This document shows positions 59,503 through 64,000 of a stretch of 64,000 nucleotides of DNA, one piece after another. Both the position numbers and the translations under genes were made by a program. The notes under the pieces are model-generated. The model did not search any database, was not told the DNA's origin, and was given only the letters and a program-made list of their open reading frames with translations. Location of the stretch: positions 1,568,001 to 1,632,000 of the forward strand of contig CAWFKH010000003.1 of assembly GCA_963816355.1 (NCBI GenBank). The letters are read 5' to 3'. Origin of the DNA: an uncultured Gemmatimonadales bacterium (GTDB lineage: Bacteria; Gemmatimonadota; Gemmatimonadetes; Longimicrobiales; RSA9). Each line of letters begins with the position of its first letter. Positions within the stretch are counted from its first letter, which is position 1.

Positions 59503-60228
59503 TCAGCCGTCCCCACCGGCCGGAATCGATTCGCGGTCGAGCAGCGACAGATAGGCGCGCACCAGCGGGTTCTCGGGGCTCTGCTGCCGCGCGTTCTCCC
59601 AGTGCAGGCGCGCCTGCTCGCGCTCGCCGCGGTGGTAGTGGACCAGTCCGAGATTGAGGCGCGCCGCGAGGAAGTGGGGATTGCCCTCGAGCACCGTTCG
59701 CAGCTCCGCTTCCGCGGCCTCACGGGAGCCCACGCGCAGAAGCGCCTCCGCGAGCTTGTTGCGGATGTCGTGGAACTCCGGCCGCAGTTCCAGCGCCTTG
59801 CGGTATTCCGCGATCGCTTCCTCCGCCGCGCCGGCGTCGAGGTAGAGGTCGCCGACGGCGAGCAGCGCGTTCGCGATGCGGGCCGACGCCGCCGCCGCAA
59901 AGCGGCCGCCCGCGAGGTTCTCGAAATGACTCGCGCGCTCGAAGGCGGCGCGCCCCTCGTCGAAGCGGGCCAGCTCGTTCAGCGTGATCGCGCGGTTGAG
60001 GAGCGCCTCGATGTAGCCGCCGTTCAGCGACAGCGCACGATCGAACTCCCGCAGCGCGTTGTCGGGCTGTCCGAGGAGGCTGAGGCAGAGGCCGGCGAGG
60101 TTGTGCAGGTCCGCGAACTCCGGATGTTCGTCGAGCACGGCGCGGAAGTCCGCGAGCGCGGCGACGTAGTCCCGTGCCTGGAAGGCGGCACGGCCACGCT
60201 CGATCAGCTGATGCAGCGAGAGGTCCAT
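59503..60228 (-). CDS. Cytoplasmic TPR protein
   Basis: About 6 TPRs (HPEFADLHNLAGL, PEFHDIRNKLAEAL); no signal peptide. Confidence 0.88.
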   Translation of the reverse strand: MDLSLHQLIERGRAAFQARDYVAALADFRAVLDEHPEFADLHNLAGLCLSLLGQPDNALREFDRALSLNGGYIEALLNRAITLNELARFDEGRAAFERASHFENLAGGRFAAAASARIANALLAVGDLYLDAGAAEEAIAEYRKALELRPEFHDIRNKLAEALLRVGSREAAEAELRTVLEGNPHFLAARLNLGLVHYHRGEREQARLHWENARQQSPENPLVRAYLSLLDRESIPAGGDG

Positions 60229-60299
60229 TGCACTTTCGTCGGCGACCGGTCAGCGGAGAATCGTAAGCCGTGGGCGGCCCCTCCGCCAGCCTGGCCGCT

Positions 60300-61082
60300 T
60301 CAGCGCAAGCGCCGCAGCAGGCGGCTCAGGATGCCGCCCGCTCCCGGCAGCGGAGGTACCGGCAGCGGCGTCTCGCCACGCGTCGCGCGTCGCGGATTCG
60401 CCTCGGTACACAGCCGCAACACCTGTTCGCCCCGCCGCTCCCGCAGGATCTCGCGCAGCGCCTTCACACCCGGCCGGCCGCGGGCGTGGTAGTCGGTCGC
60501 GATATAATGCCCCCACCCCCGCTCCAGGAGACGGAATGCCAGCTCTCTCGCCTCCGGGCCGTAGCGGCCGGCGAAGGAGCCGGCGTTCAGCTGCAGGTAG
60601 GCGCCGGCCGCCAGCCAGTCCCCGACGACGGCGAAGCGCGAGCCGAGCCCGCGGTATCGCTCGGGGTGGGCCAGGACCGGCAGCCAGCCGGCGGCCCGCA
60701 CGCGCGCCAGCAGTGCGCCGGAGTCCGGCGGTATCCGCATGAGCGGAAACTCGACGAGCACCAGCGGACCGCCGGCGAGGCGAAGCCGGTCGTCCGACAG
60801 ATCGACCGGCGCGTCCAGCATGACCTCCGCGCCGCGAAGCACCTCCAGGCCGGGAAACTCATCGCGCGCGATGCGTTCGAGCAGGCGCCACCCCGCGTCG
60901 ATCTCGTCGAAGCGCTCCCGCAGCACGTCCGGCGACGTCGTGTACATGCCGCGGACGTGGGGCGTCGCGACGATGCGAACCACCCCTTCCTGCCGCATCG
61001 CGGCGAGCGCGTGGCGCGTCTGGTCCAGGTCGCGGGCGCCGTCGTCGACCGCCGGCATCAGGTGGCAGTGCAGGTCGGTCAC
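60300..61082 (-). CDS. CpsB/CapC-family PHP tyrosine-protein phosphatase
   Basis: DLHCH, VDDGA, TPH, AHPERY, ATDYH; GTG start overlaps the wecB stop. Confidence 0.92.
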   Translation of the reverse strand: MTDLHCHLMPAVDDGARDLDQTRHALAAMRQEGVVRIVATPHVRGMYTTSPDVLRERFDEIDAGWRLLERIARDEFPGLEVLRGAEVMLDAPVDLSDDRLRLAGGPLVLVEFPLMRIPPDSGALLARVRAAGWLPVLAHPERYRGLGSRFAVVGDWLAAGAYLQLNAGSFAGRYGPEARELAFRLLERGWGHYIATDYHARGRPGVKALREILRERRGEQVLRLCTEANPRRATRGETPLPVPPLPGAGGILSRLLRRLR

Positions 61083-62245
61083 GGCGCGCGCGCACCGAGC
61101 CGTTCCATCAGCACGTCCACGACGCGGACCGCGGCGCCGCCGTCCCACAGATCCGGACGCGCCGGCAGGCCGGCCGCCTCCACGCCCCGGCGGGAGGCGC
61201 CCGGCTGGCCGGACAGCACGGCATCGAGGGCCGCGAGCACGCGCTTCGGCTGCGTTCCGACGAGGCGGTTCGTCCCCTGCTCGAGGGTCACCGGACGCTC
61301 GGTGTTCTCACGCAGCGTCAGGCACGGCACGCCGAGCACCGTCGTCTCCTCCTGGATCCCACCGGAATCGGTGAGCACGACGCGGGACTCCGCCATCAAG
61401 GCGAGGAAATCGAGGTAGCCGAGCGGCTCCAGCAGCCGGATCCGGTCCGAGCCATGGAGACGCCTCGCCAGGCCCGTCGCCTCGAGACGCGCGCGCGTCC
61501 GCGGGTGCAGCGGCAGGACCACCGTGAGCCGCTGCGCCGCCCCTTCCAGGATCGCCACCGCGCGGCCCAGCGCCTCCGCGTCGTCCACGTTCGCCGGCCG
61601 GTGCAGCGTCACGACGGCGTATTCCCGCGGCTCGAGGCCGAGTCGACCCAGGATGCCGCTCTCCAGCGCTCGTTCACGGTGCCGCAGCAGCGTGTCGATC
61701 ATCACGTTGCCCACGAAGAAGACGCGACCCTCGTCCACGCCTTCGCGGCGAAGATTGTCCAGGGCGCTGCGTTCGGTGGCGAAGAGGAAGTCGGAGAGCT
61801 GGTCGGTGAGGATGCGGTTCAGCTCCTCGGGCATCGTCCGGTCGAAGCTGCGCAACCCCGCCTCCACGTGGGCCACGGGCAGGTGGAGCTTCGCGGCGAC
61901 GAGCGCGGCCGCCAGCGTCGAGTTCACGTCTCCGACGACGAGGACGACGTGAGGTTCGATGCGGAGAAGCAGCGGCTCCAGGGCCAGCATCACCCGCGCG
62001 GTCTGATCCGCGTGGCTGCCGGAGCCGACGCCGAGGTGGTGGTGCGGCCGCGGCATGCCGAGCTGCTCGAAGAAGAGCCCGGACATACGCTCGTCGTAGT
62101 GCTGCCCGGTGTGGATGAGCGTCGCGCTCACGCCCGGACGGGCGGCGAGCTCCTCCATCAGCGGCGCCATCTTCATGAGGTTCGGGCGCGCGCCCACGAT
62201 CGCCGCGACCCGCAGCCCCGCGTCGGCGCCGGCGGCCACGGGCAT
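61079..62245 (-). CDS. wecB: UDP-N-acetylglucosamine 2-epimerase (non-hydrolysing)
   Basis: GARPNLMK, HTGQHYD, HVEAGLRS, PEELNR, TDSGGIQEE, TERP. Confidence 0.96.
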   Translation of the reverse strand: MPVAAGADAGLRVAAIVGARPNLMKMAPLMEELAARPGVSATLIHTGQHYDERMSGLFFEQLGMPRPHHHLGVGSGSHADQTARVMLALEPLLLRIEPHVVLVVGDVNSTLAAALVAAKLHLPVAHVEAGLRSFDRTMPEELNRILTDQLSDFLFATERSALDNLRREGVDEGRVFFVGNVMIDTLLRHRERALESGILGRLGLEPREYAVVTLHRPANVDDAEALGRAVAILEGAAQRLTVVLPLHPRTRARLEATGLARRLHGSDRIRLLEPLGYLDFLALMAESRVVLTDSGGIQEETTVLGVPCLTLRENTERPVTLEQGTNRLVGTQPKRVLAALDAVLSGQPGASRRGVEAAGLPARPDLWDGGAAVRVVDVLMERLGARAP

Positions 62246-62247
62246 GC

Positions 62248-63642
62248 TCAGCGCGTCACCTCCGCCGTGCGCTCCGCCGCCGCTGCGCGCAGCCGCAGCG
62301 AGGCGCCGCTCAGCGTGACGATGCGGTCGGACTCGATGCCGCGCGTCGCGTTGCGCGTATCGACGACGAGCGGCGCCTCGGAGACCACCCGGCGGTAGTC
62401 GACGTCGGTGTGGTCGGTCGCGATGACGACGCAATCGCAGGCATGCAGGCGCGCGTCGTCGAGCGGCACGCTGCGGCGCTCCTCGCCGTCCTCCCGTACG
62501 ACCGCCACGTACGGGTCGTGGAATTCGACTTCCGCCCCGCGCTCCTCGAGCAGCCGGATCAGGTCGAGCGCCGGACTCTCGCGCAGATCGTCGATGTCCT
62601 TCTTGTACGCCACGCCGAGTACCAGGATGCGGCTGCCGCGCACGGACTTGCGATGCCAGTTCAGCGCATCCTGCACCTTGTCCACCACGAAGCGCGGCAT
62701 CTCGCTGTTGATCTCGCTCGCCTGTTCGATCATGCGCGTCTTGTAGGCGAGCGTCTTCATCTTCCACGACAGGTAGTGCGGATCCAGCGGAATGCAGTGG
62801 CCGCCGATGCCCGGACCCGGCGTGAAGCGCATGAAGCCGAACGGCTTCGTCGCCGCCGCGTCGATCACCTCCCAGATGTCGACGTCCAGCAGCGAGCACA
62901 CCTGCGCCATCTCGTTGACCATGGCGATGTTGACCGCCCGAAACGTGTTCTCCAGCAGCTTCGTCAACTCCGCCGACTCGGTCGACGAAACCGGCACCAC
63001 GTGCTCCATCACCCTCGAGTAGAGCGCCACGCCGACGTCGCGAGACGCCTCCTCCACGCCGCCGATCACCTTCGGCGTGTTCTGCACGTGCCACGTCGCG
63101 TTGCCAGGGTCGACGCGCTCCGGGCTGAAGCAGAGGAAGAAGTCCTCGCCACAGCGCAGCCCCGCCGCTTCCAGCCGCGGCAGCATCAGCTCCCGCGTCG
63201 TCCCCGGATAGGTGGTCGACTCGAGCACGACGAGCTGGCCGCGGCGCAGCGTGCGACCCACCGCCTCTGTCGCGGAAACGACGTAGGAGACGTCCGGATC
63301 GCGCGTCTTCGAGAGCGGCGTCGGCACGCACACCGAGATCGCGTCGCATTCGCCCAGACGCTCGAAATCCGTCGTGGCGGTGATGCGGCCGTCGGACGTG
63401 AATGCGGCGAGCGCGCTCGAAGGCACGTCCTTGATGTGGGAACGCCCCGCGTTGATGCCGTCCACGACGCCCTGCGCGACGTCGAAGCCGAGGACCCGGA
63501 AGCCCCCTTCGGCGAACGCCGTCGCGAGAGGCAACCCCACGTAGCCGAGACCGACGACGCCCACGAGTGCCTCGCGCCGCTCGATGCGCGTGAGTAGCTG
63601 CTGCTTGGTCGACACTGATCCGCTCCGCTGCTCAGAATCCAT
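62248..63642 (-). CDS. Nucleotide-sugar dehydrogenase (UDP-GlcNAc/ManNAc 6-dehydrogenase, WbpA/WecC family)
   Basis: GLGYVGLP, CVPTP, ESTTYPGTT, SPERVDPG, GGHCIPLDP. Confidence 0.93.
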   Translation of the reverse strand: MDSEQRSGSVSTKQQLLTRIERREALVGVVGLGYVGLPLATAFAEGGFRVLGFDVAQGVVDGINAGRSHIKDVPSSALAAFTSDGRITATTDFERLGECDAISVCVPTPLSKTRDPDVSYVVSATEAVGRTLRRGQLVVLESTTYPGTTRELMLPRLEAAGLRCGEDFFLCFSPERVDPGNATWHVQNTPKVIGGVEEASRDVGVALYSRVMEHVVPVSSTESAELTKLLENTFRAVNIAMVNEMAQVCSLLDVDIWEVIDAAATKPFGFMRFTPGPGIGGHCIPLDPHYLSWKMKTLAYKTRMIEQASEINSEMPRFVVDKVQDALNWHRKSVRGSRILVLGVAYKKDIDDLRESPALDLIRLLEERGAEVEFHDPYVAVVREDGEERRSVPLDDARLHACDCVVIATDHTDVDYRRVVSEAPLVVDTRNATRGIESDRIVTLSGASLRLRAAAAERTAEVTR

Positions 63643-63719
63643 GGTTGTTCGTCGTCGCGGTCCGCACGAACCCGTGCGCCGCCCGCGCGCCACGCTTCCG
63701 TCTTCCCGCGCGCTCCCGC

Positions 63720-64000
63720 CTACGCCTCGCGATAGTGATTCGCCAGCGCGCGCACGAGGCCCGGCACCGTGTGCTCCGCCGCCTGGACGTCGACGCGCAG
63801 TCCCAGCTCCCGGGCGGTGCCTGCGGTGATCGGGCCGATCGCCGCGACCGCGGCCGAGCCCACCTCGGCTCCGACCGCGTCCACGTAGTTGCGGACCGTC
63901 GACGACGACGTGAACGTCACCGCGTCGATCTCGCCCGCGCGCAGTCGGCGCCGGATCTCCGCGCCGCCTTCCGTGTCCGCGACCGTACGATACGCCTCCA
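63720..64000 (-). CDS. hemD: Uroporphyrinogen-III synthase C-terminus (possibly a CobA-HemD fusion), 5' part outside the window
   Basis: AYRTV..DAVTFTSSSTVRN..IGPITA..LGL. Confidence 0.85.
   Translation of the reverse strand, partial: EAYRTVADTEGGAEIRRRLRAGEIDAVTFTSSSTVRNYVDAVGAEVGSAAVAAIGPITAGTARELGLRVDVQAAEHTVPGLVRALANHYREA

Overview
This is a very GC-rich bacterial chromosomal segment made up almost entirely of housekeeping genes. Of about 58 CDS, all but three (ppiD-like, UDP-GlcA decarboxylase, radC) lie on the minus strand, many joined by 4-nt start/stop overlaps. The long insert-bearing SecA, the Bacteroidota-like LptD and the gene order suggest an FCB-group diderm, probably Gemmatimonadota (inference). 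Functions present include translation (rpmE, prfA, prmC, rimO, rimI, tsaE, tsaB), heme synthesis (hemA, hemB, hemD, hemL, ccsA/hemX), envelope and export (Tol-Pal, bamD, lptD-like, lolA, ppiD, tatA, tatC, secA, SpoIID lipoprotein), histidine catabolism (hutH, hutI, ftcD), accBC, ftsK, uvrB, relA/spoT, radC, nadD and nucleotide-sugar enzymes. I found no tRNA, rRNA, CRISPR array, IS element, prophage or recognisable defence system. The most interesting observations are: (i) an ssb lacking the acidic tip, coupled to a TsaP-like LysM gene inside the heme cluster, with its own candidate promoter and operator; (ii) an SgmX-like TPR protein coupled to ftcD behind a possibly leaderless promoter; (iii) a decayed epimerase C-terminus next to the inverted uxs gene; (iv) a 21-bp VNTR, a RAGP-containing uORF and a palindrome upstream of secA; (v) uncharacterised TPR, beta-barrel and YlbF-family genes. 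All calls come from motif recognition by eye; no database searches were run. Several starts were trimmed relative to the ORF track.
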